Counted from the first letter of the stretch, positions 36,838-45,806 are shown. The stretch is DNA of 64,000 nt from Bacteroidales bacterium (GCA_017619655.1 JAFZRV010000012.1:2988-66987); one strand, 5' to 3'. The notes: generated by a model from the sequence alone, not told the origin. Program-made: numbers and translations.

Positions 36838-38991
36838 ATGAAACTCAAATGGCTTGTCGGGTGGGCACTCATGCTTCTCACCCCATCGTTGGCGGCACAG
36901 TCGTATCAGCAGGATACGATTCCGGAGATTGTTGTCACGGCGACCGGAACGACCCACCTGCTGAAGAACGTGCCCGTTCAGACGGAGGTCATTACCCGCA
37001 AGATGCTGGACAACTACGCCGGCCGCTCGCTGGAAGACATTCTGGGCGGACTGACCGCTTCGTTTGCGTTCAATGAGGATGACATGGGCTCGCACATGCA
37101 GCTCAATGGCCTGGGCAACAGCTATATCCTGATCCTGGTCGACGGCAAGCGCCTGCACGGAGACGTGGGCGGAGAGAACGACCTGGCCCTTATTGATCCG
37201 CAGAACATCGAAAAAATCGAGATCGTGAAGGGCGCTTCCTCCGCACTCTACGGCAGCGACGCCATCGCGGGCGTCATCAACATCATCACGCGCAAGCACC
37301 GGCAGGAAGGACTTCTGCTGGAGAATTCCACCCGTGGCGGTTCCTATTTCGATGTGCGTCAGCACGACGCCATCGGCTTGAAATACGGGAAGTTCAGTTC
37401 GCTGACGAACTTCCAGCTGCAGCATTCCGACGGCTGGCAGAACACGTCCGTGGAGCATACCACGGGCACGCAGGAGCCCGTTACGGACTCGCAGAACAAA
37501 ACCGTAAACCGGCATACGAACGCGCAGGTGGGCGAACAGCTTACCTTCACGCCGAACGACCGGCTCGAATTCTACGCCGGCGGCACCTGGTACTGGAAGC
37601 GCATCTACCGCCCCAACGGCAAATATGCGCAGTTCGATGTCCATACCTACGACCTGCAGTACCGCAACGCCTCGGCATCTGTGGGTGGCAAGTGGAAGGT
37701 GAACGCTACGGACGTGGTGACCCTCGACATCGACTGGAACAAGCACGCCTACCTCTACTATTTCACTGCCACGACGCTGGTGGAAGACTACGAAAAAAGC
37801 AAGGGAACCCTCTATTATCCCTATTATCCTTACTTGCCAAGTCAGACGGAACTGCAGAGCGACCAGCAGCGGACGATGGCCAGCCTCAAGGGCGTTTTCT
37901 CGCTGCCGGGCGAAAACCGCCTCAATACGGGTGCTGAATATCGTTTTGACTGGCTGAACGCGCCGAGCCGTGTGGTGGGCGGGAAGGTCAGCGACTGGAC
38001 CGCTGCCCTGTATGCCCAGGACGAGTGGCGGCACGACTTCGGGCGGAACCAGATCCAGCTGGCGGCCGGCGTACGGTTGACCTGGAACGGCCAGTTCGGC
38101 GTGAAAGTCACCCCGAAGGTCTCGGCCATGCTGGGCCTCGGGCTTCCCTGGCGTATCCGTGCCACCTGGAGCCAGGGTTTCAAGACACCCACGCCCAAGG
38201 AGCTCTATTACCGCTACGTCAAGCAGATGAGCGGCACGTATCTCTATCTGGGCAACACCGGACTGCGTCCGCAGACCAGCAATTATTTCTCGCTGGGCGG
38301 GGAATACACGCTTTCCGGATTGAGCGTCATCGTCACGGGCTATTACAACGTCGTCAAGGATATGATCACGCTCGTGACGATTCCCAACTATGAAGCGCCG
38401 GCCGAATACATCATCCAGTACGATCCCGTGAAAACCCGTCAGTACCAGAACGTCGACGACGCCCGGACGATGGGGGTGGACGTGAATGTGCGCTACAGTT
38501 TCCGCGACTGGGCCTTCGGACTGGGATACAGTTGGCTCGACACGGAGGCCAACCAGTATGACGCCACCCACGACCGGATGCGGCAGGTCATCATCGACGG
38601 GACGGCGCATCACAAGGGAAACTGTTTCGCCACCTGGAATCACCGCTTCTCGCCGGATTACCGGCTTGGCGCCGGCGTGTACGGCCGGATGTCTTCGACG
38701 CGTTATTACCAGGATGACGGAAACGGCAAGGGGTATCAGATATGGCGCATTTCTACCACCCACGACCTGGGACATTCCGAACGTACGACCTGGCGCATTG
38801 AAGCCGGCGTCGACAATATCTTCAACTATGTGGACCGTACTCCGCACGGGCTGCACCTGGGCACGACGACGCCCGGCACGACGGTCTATCTGGGCTTGAC
38901 GGTCCGTTTCAACCAGGGAAAGAAAGTGAAAGACAAATTCAATACAACTATCAATAACAATTATAATTCAAAGCAATATGAAGAAAACTAG
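36838..38991 (+). CDS. btuB: TonB-dependent receptor, B12-riboswitch controlled (BtuB-like), second copy
   Basis: Signal peptide, TonB-box-like IPEIVVTAT, plug (SYILILVDGKRLHGD), and a barrel with a terminal aromatic region. Confidence 0.75.
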   Translation: MKLKWLVGWALMLLTPSLAAQSYQQDTIPEIVVTATGTTHLLKNVPVQTEVITRKMLDNYAGRSLEDILGGLTASFAFNEDDMGSHMQLNGLGNSYILILVDGKRLHGDVGGENDLALIDPQNIEKIEIVKGASSALYGSDAIAGVINIITRKHRQEGLLLENSTRGGSYFDVRQHDAIGLKYGKFSSLTNFQLQHSDGWQNTSVEHTTGTQEPVTDSQNKTVNRHTNAQVGEQLTFTPNDRLEFYAGGTWYWKRIYRPNGKYAQFDVHTYDLQYRNASASVGGKWKVNATDVVTLDIDWNKHAYLYYFTATTLVEDYEKSKGTLYYPYYPYLPSQTELQSDQQRTMASLKGVFSLPGENRLNTGAEYRFDWLNAPSRVVGGKVSDWTAALYAQDEWRHDFGRNQIQLAAGVRLTWNGQFGVKVTPKVSAMLGLGLPWRIRATWSQGFKTPTPKELYYRYVKQMSGTYLYLGNTGLRPQTSNYFSLGGEYTLSGLSVIVTGYYNVVKDMITLVTIPNYEAPAEYIIQYDPVKTRQYQNVDDARTMGVDVNVRYSFRDWAFGLGYSWLDTEANQYDATHDRMRQVIIDGTAHHKGNCFATWNHRFSPDYRLGAGVYGRMSSTRYYQDDGNGKGYQIWRISTTHDLGHSERTTWRIEAGVDNIFNYVDRTPHGLHLGTTTPGTTVYLGLTVRFNQGKKVKDKFNTTINNNYNSKQYEEN

Positions 38992-40114
38992 ATTCATGGT
39001 CGCCGCACTGCTGGCGGTACTGGCGCTGGGTCTCGTGTCCTGCGATCCGTACAATGAGCAGTACAACTACAACGCCTACCAGCGGTCGGTGAACGAGACC
39101 GTCAAGTCCCAGAAGAAGAACGACAAGGTGATTCTGCTGGTCGCGTTCGGGTCCACCTGGCAGCAGGCTTTCGACGCTTTCGACGAGACCGTCGCCGCCT
39201 ACAAGAAGGCTTTTCCGTCCTATGACGTGTTCCTTTCCTTCTCTTCCGCCATCTGCATCAACCGTGCTGCAGCCGGTGAGAACGCCGCTGACGGCGCCGA
39301 GATCCGCAATTACTATGCTCCGCCGTTCTGGCTCACTGCATTCGCCCAGAAGGGAATCATGTATCGCGAGATCGTGATTCAGTCGCTCCAGGTGATTCCG
39401 GGCGAGGAGTACGGCCGCGTAATCAACTACATCAAGGACTTCGCCAACAATGCCAACGGCGACCTTGACGACGATTACCTGTCCAGCGTGATCCTGAAGC
39501 TTGGCGTTCCGCTTCTCCAAGACCCGGAGAAGGACGTCAATGACGTGGCTTCCGCGCTCCACAATCTTTACAAGAGCCAGGCAACGAACGACATTGTCGC
39601 ATTCATGGGCCATGGCAACCCGGATGAATACGATACCTACAAAGCCAATATCCGCTACACCCAGCTGGAAGAGGCCCTGCAGGCACTCAGCCCCCATTAT
39701 TTCGTAGGTACCGTCGACATGATGGAGAACTTCAAGCCGCATGTGTATGAGCGCATGGCAGAGGCAGGACTGAACACCGGCAACCGAAAAGTCTACCTGC
39801 ATCCGCTGATGTCCATCGACGGCGATCACGGCCATAACGACATGGCCGGCGACGACCTGCCCGAGAAGTTCGAGGGCAAGAGCTACACCTTCGCAGACCT
39901 GATGGCCGAAGCCAATGAAGAGGGTGAGGTCGAGGACTGCAGCTGGAAGGTTTTCTTCGGTGCAAACGGATCGGGCTTCACCTGCAACAATTCCACGATG
40001 ATCGAGAAGGGCCTGCTCGAACTCCCGACCATCCGGCAGATCTGGATGAACCACACCCAGAATGCAATCAACGGAGAACCGCTCGACTACTACCACTCCA
40101 AGAATCCGGAATAA
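38978..40114 (+). CDS. CbiK-fold lipoprotein (IhtB-like), probable surface tetrapyrrole/corrinoid-binding protein
   Basis: Lipobox LALGLVSC. CbiK-like halves are present (ILLVAFGSTWQQAFDAF and VAFMGHGNPDE). Its start overlaps the receptor gene's 3' end by 14 nt. Confidence 0.65.
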   Translation: MKKTRFMVAALLAVLALGLVSCDPYNEQYNYNAYQRSVNETVKSQKKNDKVILLVAFGSTWQQAFDAFDETVAAYKKAFPSYDVFLSFSSAICINRAAAGENAADGAEIRNYYAPPFWLTAFAQKGIMYREIVIQSLQVIPGEEYGRVINYIKDFANNANGDLDDDYLSSVILKLGVPLLQDPEKDVNDVASALHNLYKSQATNDIVAFMGHGNPDEYDTYKANIRYTQLEEALQALSPHYFVGTVDMMENFKPHVYERMAEAGLNTGNRKVYLHPLMSIDGDHGHNDMAGDDLPEKFEGKSYTFADLMAEANEEGEVEDCSWKVFFGANGSGFTCNNSTMIEKGLLELPTIRQIWMNHTQNAINGEPLDYYHSKNPE

Positions 40115-40153
40115 TCCCAGCAGTTTCTTCTGCGCAGTTTTTATTTAGTGTGT

Positions 40154-40196
40154 GTCCCGGCACCCGGCAAGGTGCCGGGACTTGTTTGGATTTTTG
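40154..40196 (+). terminator. Intrinsic terminator
   Basis: 11-bp perfect stem gtcccggcacc/ggtgccgggac followed by ttgtttggattttt. Confidence 0.75.
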
Positions 40197-40218
40197 AGGC
40201 ATGAGACCGAAAAAAGAG

Positions 40219-40226
40219 TATCTTTG
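40219..40226 (+). promoter_or_regulatory. Bacteroidota -7 promoter box (TATCTTTG) for the cob/cbi operon
   Basis: TAnnTTTG match 7 nt upstream of the ATG at 40233. This would give a nearly leaderless transcript. Confidence 0.45.
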
Positions 40227-40232
40227 TTAGAT

Positions 40233-40925
40233 ATGAATCGAATCTACACCCGGACAGGCGACGGCGGTACCACCGGCATCCACGGCGGCGCCCGCGTGCC
40301 GAAAGACGACCCCCGCATCGAGGCCAACGGTACCCTTGACGAACTGAATTGCCAGATCGGCATCGTCCGCTCGATGCTGAGATGCCCGGTCAAGCCGGGC
40401 ATGACGGAAGAAGTCAAGCCGGGCATGACGGAAAGCGAGCGCAGCGACGGGCGGTATTTGTCGAGCGAGCATTTTTCTGCGAGCGAGACAAATACCGGAG
40501 GAGCGGAGCGAGCGTCGTATGATGATATCTTACACGCTATACAGAAGAACCTGATGACCGTCATGAGCCAGGTGGCGACGCCGGCGGCGGAGCGCAGCAA
40601 GAACCCCAATCCATTGCCCGAAAACCTCGTGGCCAATTGCGAAGCCACGATGGACGCCCTCACGGCCGAAGCAGGACCCAGCCGCCATTTCATCCTTCCC
40701 GGCGGAACCCCGCTGGCCGCCCGGTTGCAGCTGGCCCGCGCCGTCTGCCGCCGCGCCGAACGCCGCCTCTGGACCCTGCACCGGCAGGATCCGATTCCCG
40801 AAGCCATCTTGCAATACATCAACCGCCTCTCCGACCTGCTCTTTGTCCTGGCCCGCTGCGAACTCGCCCGGCAGGACTGGCCCGAAGAACGCTGGCAGGC
40901 CTTCTCTTATAAGAACCAGAAATGA
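40233..40925 (+). CDS. PduO-type ATP:cob(I)alamin adenosyltransferase with a roughly 40-aa internal insertion
   Basis: N-terminus MNRIYTRTGDGGTTGIHGGARVPKDDPRIEANGTLDELN and C-terminal FILPGGTPLAARLQLARAVCRRAER are canonical. The segment RCPVKPGMTEEVKPGMTESERSDGRYLSSEHFSASETNTGGAERASYDD is extra. Confidence 0.85.
   Translation: MNRIYTRTGDGGTTGIHGGARVPKDDPRIEANGTLDELNCQIGIVRSMLRCPVKPGMTEEVKPGMTESERSDGRYLSSEHFSASETNTGGAERASYDDILHAIQKNLMTVMSQVATPAAERSKNPNPLPENLVANCEATMDALTAEAGPSRHFILPGGTPLAARLQLARAVCRRAERRLWTLHRQDPIPEAILQYINRLSDLLFVLARCELARQDWPEERWQAFSYKNQK
40389..40436 (+). repeat. Tandem 24-nt duplication inside the adenosyltransferase gene
   Basis: gtcaagccgggcatgacggaa occurs twice head to tail (40389..40412 and 40413..40436), encoding VKPGMTEE/VKPGMTES. 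The first unit also forms the hairpin atgcccgg-tcaag-ccgggcat with upstream bases. Confidence 0.85.
40444..40513 (-). repeat. Palindromic repeat family, copy D (inverted orientation, inside the adenosyltransferase CDS)
   Basis: The reverse complement gctcgctccgctcctccggtatttgtctcgctcgcagaaaaatgctcgctcgacaaataccgcccgtcgc aligns over 70 nt with copies A and B. It has an 11-bp perfect inverted repeat cggtatttgtc/gacaaataccg. Confidence 0.7.
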
Positions 40926-42418
40926 AAGCCCCGCTCCATCCCGTGATGCTCGCCGGAACCGGCAGTGACGTCGGCAAGAGCGTGCTGGCCACCGCCCTGT
41001 GCCGCATCTTCAAGCAGGACGGCTATGCTCCCGCACCGTTCAAGGCCCAGAACATGGCCTTGAACTCCTTCGCCACGCCCGACGGTCTGGAGATCGGCCG
41101 TGCCCAGGCCGTGCAGGCCGAAGCGGCCGGCGTGCCCTGCCATACGGACATGAATCCGCTGCTGCTCAAGCCCCAGAGCGACCACACCTCGCAGGTGGTG
41201 CTGAATGGCCGCCCCATCGGCAACCGCGACGCCTACGACTATTTCCGGAAGGAGGGAAGGACTGAACTCCGCGAAGCCGTATATGCCGCTTATGACCGGC
41301 TTGCGGCACGCTTCAATCCCATCGTGATGGAAGGTGCCGGCAGCCTGGCTGAAATCAACCTGCGCGACTCCGACCTCGTCAACGTGCCGATGGCGATGCA
41401 CGCAGGCGCCGACATCCTCCTGGTCGGCGACATCGACCGCGGCGGGGTGTTCGCAAGCGTGTACGGCTCCATCATGCTGCTGCCGCCCGAAGAACGCAAG
41501 TATGTGAAGGGCATTTTGATCAATAAGTTCCGCGGCGACCTCCGGCTTTTCGAAGAAGGCAGGAAAATGCTCGAAGACCTGTGCGGCATCCCGGTGCTGG
41601 GCGTCGTGCCGTACTACCACGACATCCATATCGAAGAAGAGGATTCCGTGGCGCTGGCGGCCAAGTCTGCCGCCGCGCAGCGGGGCAAGGTCAACGTCGC
41701 GGTGGTCTTGCTGCGCCATATCAGCAACTTTACGGACTTCAATGCGCTGGAGCGCGATCCGCGCGTCCATCTGTTCTACAGCAACAACGTGGATGAGATT
41801 GCCAAAGCCGATGTGATCATCCTTCCAGGCAGCAAGAGCACGATCGATGATCTGTATGAACTGCGGCGCAACGGCGTGGCGCAGGCCATCCTGCGGGCCC
41901 GCCGCGAAGGCGCCTCGGTGCTGGGCATCTGCGGCGGCTACCAGATGATGGGCGTCCGGATCCGGGACCCGCACCACGTGGAGGGTGACTTGGAAGTGCT
42001 TCCGGGCCTGGGCCTGCTGCCGATGACCACGGAGATGCTGGGCGACAAGGTTACCCGGCAAGTCCGTTTCCAGGCCTTTGATGGCGCTGGAGAGACGATG
42101 GAAGGGTATGAGATCCATATGGGAAAGACCCTGCCGGTAGAGGGTCGTGCGTTCCGGCCGCTGAACCGGCTGGAAGACGGTCAGGAAGACGGCTGCATCG
42201 TGGATGAGAAGTGCATGGGCAGCTACATCCACGGCATCCTCGACAACCCGGCTTTCATCGACCGGCTGCTGGCGCCGCACGCCGCGAAGCTGACCGCTGC
42301 GGCGGCTTCTTTCGACTACCACGCCTTCAAGGAAGAACAATACGACAAACTGGCTGCCCACGTGCGGCAATATGTCGACATTCCGTTGTTGTACAAGATC
42401 TTGAGTGAACAACAATGA
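40922..42418 (+). CDS. cobQ: Cobyric acid synthase
   Basis: 498 aa with N-terminal GTGSDVGKS and a C-terminal GATase domain (GICGGYQMMG). Confidence 0.9.
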   Translation: MKAPLHPVMLAGTGSDVGKSVLATALCRIFKQDGYAPAPFKAQNMALNSFATPDGLEIGRAQAVQAEAAGVPCHTDMNPLLLKPQSDHTSQVVLNGRPIGNRDAYDYFRKEGRTELREAVYAAYDRLAARFNPIVMEGAGSLAEINLRDSDLVNVPMAMHAGADILLVGDIDRGGVFASVYGSIMLLPPEERKYVKGILINKFRGDLRLFEEGRKMLEDLCGIPVLGVVPYYHDIHIEEEDSVALAAKSAAAQRGKVNVAVVLLRHISNFTDFNALERDPRVHLFYSNNVDEIAKADVIILPGSKSTIDDLYELRRNGVAQAILRARREGASVLGICGGYQMMGVRIRDPHHVEGDLEVLPGLGLLPMTTEMLGDKVTRQVRFQAFDGAGETMEGYEIHMGKTLPVEGRAFRPLNRLEDGQEDGCIVDEKCMGSYIHGILDNPAFIDRLLAPHAAKLTAAAASFDYHAFKEEQYDKLAAHVRQYVDIPLLYKILSEQQ

Positions 42419-43458
42419 TACAGGGCCACGGTGACGACAGATATCGTTTTGACCGGGAAATCCGGGCGGACTTCAGCTCCAATGTCTATGCGCATGTGGA
42501 TCTGGAACCGCTGAAGGCGCATCTTCGAGCGCGCCTTGACGACATCGGCCGTTATCCTGAGCCGGAGCCTTACTCGTTGGAGAAGGCATTGGCGAAGCGA
42601 CTGGGCATCGATCCTGCTGCTGTCTGTGTCACCGCCGGCGCCACCGAAGCCATCTATCTCATCGCCCACGCCTTCAAGGGCAGTCATTCGACAATTCTTG
42701 CGCCGACGTTCAGTGAGTACGCTGATGCTTGCCGACTATACGCTCACTCCGTGGCTCCGGTTTCCGTCTTGCTCCCGAAAAAAGGTCGCTGCGCCGAAAA
42801 CCGCCCGCCACTTCATTCGCTTTTCTGGCTCTGCAATCCGAATAATCCGACGGGGACGGTCATTCCGAAGGAACAACTCGTTCGGGCCATCGAAGATAAT
42901 CCTGAGACGATTTTCGTCATCGACCAGTCGTATGGATTCTTTACCCAAGAAACCCTCCTGACGGCGAAAGAAGCCATTCGATACCCGAATGTGATCCAAC
43001 TCCACTCCATGACCAAACGCTACGCCATGCCCGGCCTGCGGCTGGGCTACATAACGGCCCATCCGCAACTGATCGAAAAGATCCGCAGCGTCCGCATGCC
43101 ATGGAGCGTCAACGCCCTGGCTATCGCGGCTGGCCTGTACCTGACACAACACCCAGATACGGCACGCATCGACCTGACGGCACTACTGACTGAAACACAG
43201 CGCCTTCGCGACCGGCTGAATGCCATCCCCGGCTTGACGGCCGAGCCCACCCAGACCCATTTCTTCCTCTGCCGTCTGGAGAAAGGCCGCGCCGCAGACC
43301 TCAAGCAGAGGCTGGCGGAAGAATACGGCATCCTCATTCGCGACGCTTCCAACTTTGAAGGACTCGACGAAGGCTGCTTCCGGATCGCCACGCAGACCCC
43401 TGAAGAAAACGACAGGCTGGTTGAAGCTATTAGAAACATACTGAAAGTCAATGTGTAG
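42415..43458 (+). CDS. cobD: Threonine-phosphate decarboxylase (class I/II aminotransferase fold)
   Basis: 347 aa with CNPNNPTG and a PLP-lysine region SMTKRYAMPGLRLGY. It sits between cobQ and cbiB. Confidence 0.8.
   Translation: MIQGHGDDRYRFDREIRADFSSNVYAHVDLEPLKAHLRARLDDIGRYPEPEPYSLEKALAKRLGIDPAAVCVTAGATEAIYLIAHAFKGSHSTILAPTFSEYADACRLYAHSVAPVSVLLPKKGRCAENRPPLHSLFWLCNPNNPTGTVIPKEQLVRAIEDNPETIFVIDQSYGFFTQETLLTAKEAIRYPNVIQLHSMTKRYAMPGLRLGYITAHPQLIEKIRSVRMPWSVNALAIAAGLYLTQHPDTARIDLTALLTETQRLRDRLNAIPGLTAEPTQTHFFLCRLEKGRAADLKQRLAEEYGILIRDASNFEGLDEGCFRIATQTPEENDRLVEAIRNILKVNV
42742..42811 (+). repeat. Palindromic repeat family, copy A (inside the cobD CDS)
   Basis: gctcactccgtggctccggtttccgtcttgctcccgaaaaaaggtcgctgcgccgaaaaccgcccgccac. 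By my hand alignment 59 of 70 positions are identical to copy B. It is translated as AHSVAPVSVLLPKKGRCAENRPP. Confidence 0.7.
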
Positions 43459-44395
43459 GGCCCTCTCCATACTCGCCGGTTGGCTGCTCGACCTGATCTT
43501 CGGAGATCCGGCGTGGCTGCCGCATCCGGTCGTGGGCTTCGGCAAGCTGATCGCCGCAGGGGAGAAACATTGGAACAAAGGGGAACACCGCCGCCGCAAG
43601 GGCGCCTGGCTCGCCATTGTGCTGGTACTGGGGACTTTTGTGTTGACGTTCGCATTGCTTTACGCTTGCCGGATGCTCGGTGAAACGCTCGGCATCGGCT
43701 TGTCGCTCAAGAGAATCATAGAAGCCATCCTGGTTTTTTTCTGCCTGGCCGGCACGACATTGATCCGCGAAGTGCGTGAAGTCTTCCGCGCCGTGGACCG
43801 TTCCGTCGAAGAGGGGAGAGAGCGCGTGGCCCGCATCGTGGGCCGCGACACGTCCGATCTTTCGGCACAGGAAATCCGCACGGCTGCGCTGGAGACGCTG
43901 GCCGAGAACCTGAACGACGGCGTGATAGCGCCGCTCTTCTGGCTGGCCCTGCTGGGCGTCCCCGGAATGATGGCTTACAAGATGATCAACACCCTCGACT
44001 CGATGATCGGCTACCGCAGCGAGCGATATGTCGATTTCGGCCGCTTTGCCGCCCGGATGGACGACGTGGCGGGCTGGGTTCCCGCGCGCCTGACAGCCTT
44101 CCTGATGCTGCTGGTGGCGGGACGCCTGGGTAAGCTGGCTTGGGTCCACCAGAACGGCCGAAAGCACCTGAGCCCCAATTCCGGCCATCCCGAGGCCGCC
44201 CTGGCCGCCATCCTCGACTGCCGTTTCGGCGGTCCCCACAACTATTTCGGACAGGAGGTCTGGAAGCCGTACATCGGTGAAAACGACCGCCCCCTGACCC
44301 ATTCTGACTTGCAGCGCGCTGTCCGCATCAGTCGCGTGTCTGAAGCGCTGATGGTTCTGATGGTCGCAGTCCTGAATCTAATCCCGTGTATATAA
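43451..44395 (+). CDS. cbiB: Adenosylcobinamide-phosphate synthase
   Basis: 314 aa membrane protein. LLDLIFGDPAWLPHPVVGFG and NDGVIAPLFW are typical CbiB/CobD segments. Confidence 0.9.
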   Translation: MCRALSILAGWLLDLIFGDPAWLPHPVVGFGKLIAAGEKHWNKGEHRRRKGAWLAIVLVLGTFVLTFALLYACRMLGETLGIGLSLKRIIEAILVFFCLAGTTLIREVREVFRAVDRSVEEGRERVARIVGRDTSDLSAQEIRTAALETLAENLNDGVIAPLFWLALLGVPGMMAYKMINTLDSMIGYRSERYVDFGRFAARMDDVAGWVPARLTAFLMLLVAGRLGKLAWVHQNGRKHLSPNSGHPEAALAAILDCRFGGPHNYFGQEVWKPYIGENDRPLTHSDLQRAVRISRVSEALMVLMVAVLNLIPCI

Positions 44396-44396
44396 C

Positions 44397-45806
44397 ATGA
44401 GCAATCCAAAAATCATCGTAGCCGGCATCGGGCCGGGAAGCGCGGGCGACATGACGCCAGCCGTGCTCGAGGCCGTCCGGCGCTCCGATGTGATCATCGG
44501 TTATCAATACTATTTCCAATTCGTGACGCCGTATCTGTCGCCCGACACGCTGTGCGTGGATACCGGGATGAAGAATGAGCGCGAGCGGGCCGAGGAGGCC
44601 TTTGCGTGGGCGGAGCAGGGCAAGACCGTGTGCGTGGTGAGTTCGGGTGATGCGGGCATCTATGGCATGGCGCCGCTCATCTGGGAGATGAAACGGGAGC
44701 GGGGGAGCGATGTGGAGATCGAGGTGCTGCCCGGCATCAGCGCCTTTCAGAAGGCTGCTTCGCTGCTGGGCGCGCCCATCGGCCACGACCTTTGCCTCAT
44801 CTCGCTGTCCGACCTGATGACGCCCTGGGAAACGATCGAGCGTCGCATCCGCGCCGCCGCCGTGGCCGATTTCGTGACGGCGGTCTACAACCCGAAGAGC
44901 TACGGACGTTATTGGCAGCTGTACCGCCTGCAGGAGATTTTCCTGCAGCACCGCGACCCGTCCACGCCGGTCGGCTATGTCTGCCAGGCCGGACGCGCCG
45001 ACGAGCAGGTCACGCTCACGACGCTGGGCGCTTTCGATCCGGAGCAGGTCGACATGTTCACCGTGGTGCTCATCGGGAATTCCCAGTCCTATGCCTACGA
45101 GGGCAAGTTCATCACGCCCCGCGGCTATTTCCGCGAGAACCGCAGCGAAGAAGCGAAAGGGGTGGGTCAGGAGATCATGATCGAGAGCTTCCGCACGATA
45201 GAGAAAGAACTGCGGCATCCGGATATCCCGCTCGGAAAAAAGTGGCCCCTGCTGCACGCCATCCATACAACTGCCGATTTCGATATGGAGAACATCCTGC
45301 AGGTCGACGACGGGGCAGTCGAAATCCTCTATGCCGGTTTCACGGAAGGCCGCATCAAGACCATCGTGACCGACGTGACGATGGTGGCTGCGGGCATCCG
45401 CAAGGGTGCCCTGCAGCGGCTCGGCGTCGAGGTCAAGTGCTATCTGTCCGATCCGCGGACGGCCGAACTGGCGGCGGAAAAGGGGATTACCCGCACCCAG
45501 GCCGGCATCCGGCTGGCCGTGGAGGAGCATCCCGACGCACTCTATGCCTTTGGCAACGCACCTACCGCGCTGATGGAACTCTGCACGCTCGTCCGCCGGG
45601 AAAAAGCCCGTCCCGCCGGCATCATCGCCGCTCCGGTCGGCTTTGTTCATGTGCGGGAAAGTAAACACATGGCCAAGCCTTTCCGAGAAATACCTAAACT
45701 GATAGTTGAGGGTAGAAAAGGCGGCAGCAACCTGGCCGCCACCCTCGTCAATTCCATCCTCTGCTTCAACGATGCGGAGGCACTTAAACCCGGTCGCGAT
45801 GTCTAG
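44397..45806 (+). CDS. cbiH: Fusion: cobalt-factor III/precorrin-3B C17-methyltransferase (CbiH) + precorrin-8X methylmutase (CbiC)
   Basis: The N-terminal half has the tetrapyrrole methylase motifs (GIGPGS, SSGDAGIYGMA, LISLSDLMTPWE). The C-terminal half has CbiC/CobH motifs (HAIHTTADF, FGNAPTAL, PVGFV). Confidence 0.85.
   Translation: MSNPKIIVAGIGPGSAGDMTPAVLEAVRRSDVIIGYQYYFQFVTPYLSPDTLCVDTGMKNERERAEEAFAWAEQGKTVCVVSSGDAGIYGMAPLIWEMKRERGSDVEIEVLPGISAFQKAASLLGAPIGHDLCLISLSDLMTPWETIERRIRAAAVADFVTAVYNPKSYGRYWQLYRLQEIFLQHRDPSTPVGYVCQAGRADEQVTLTTLGAFDPEQVDMFTVVLIGNSQSYAYEGKFITPRGYFRENRSEEAKGVGQEIMIESFRTIEKELRHPDIPLGKKWPLLHAIHTTADFDMENILQVDDGAVEILYAGFTEGRIKTIVTDVTMVAAGIRKGALQRLGVEVKCYLSDPRTAELAAEKGITRTQAGIRLAVEEHPDALYAFGNAPTALMELCTLVRREKARPAGIIAAPVGFVHVRESKHMAKPFREIPKLIVEGRKGGSNLAATLVNSILCFNDAEALKPGRDV

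Noticed and set aside
36274-38856. 860-aa minus-strand ORF opposite the second TonB-dependent receptor and riboswitch 2
   Set aside because: It is antisense to a well-supported receptor gene and runs across the riboswitch. It has no recognisable motifs. GC-driven open frame.
40115-40232. Possible third cobalamin riboswitch ahead of the cob/cbi biosynthetic operon
   Set aside because: The spacer contains only a terminator hairpin and a promoter box. There is no GGTGAAA-type core and no gccactg B12 box, and it is too short.
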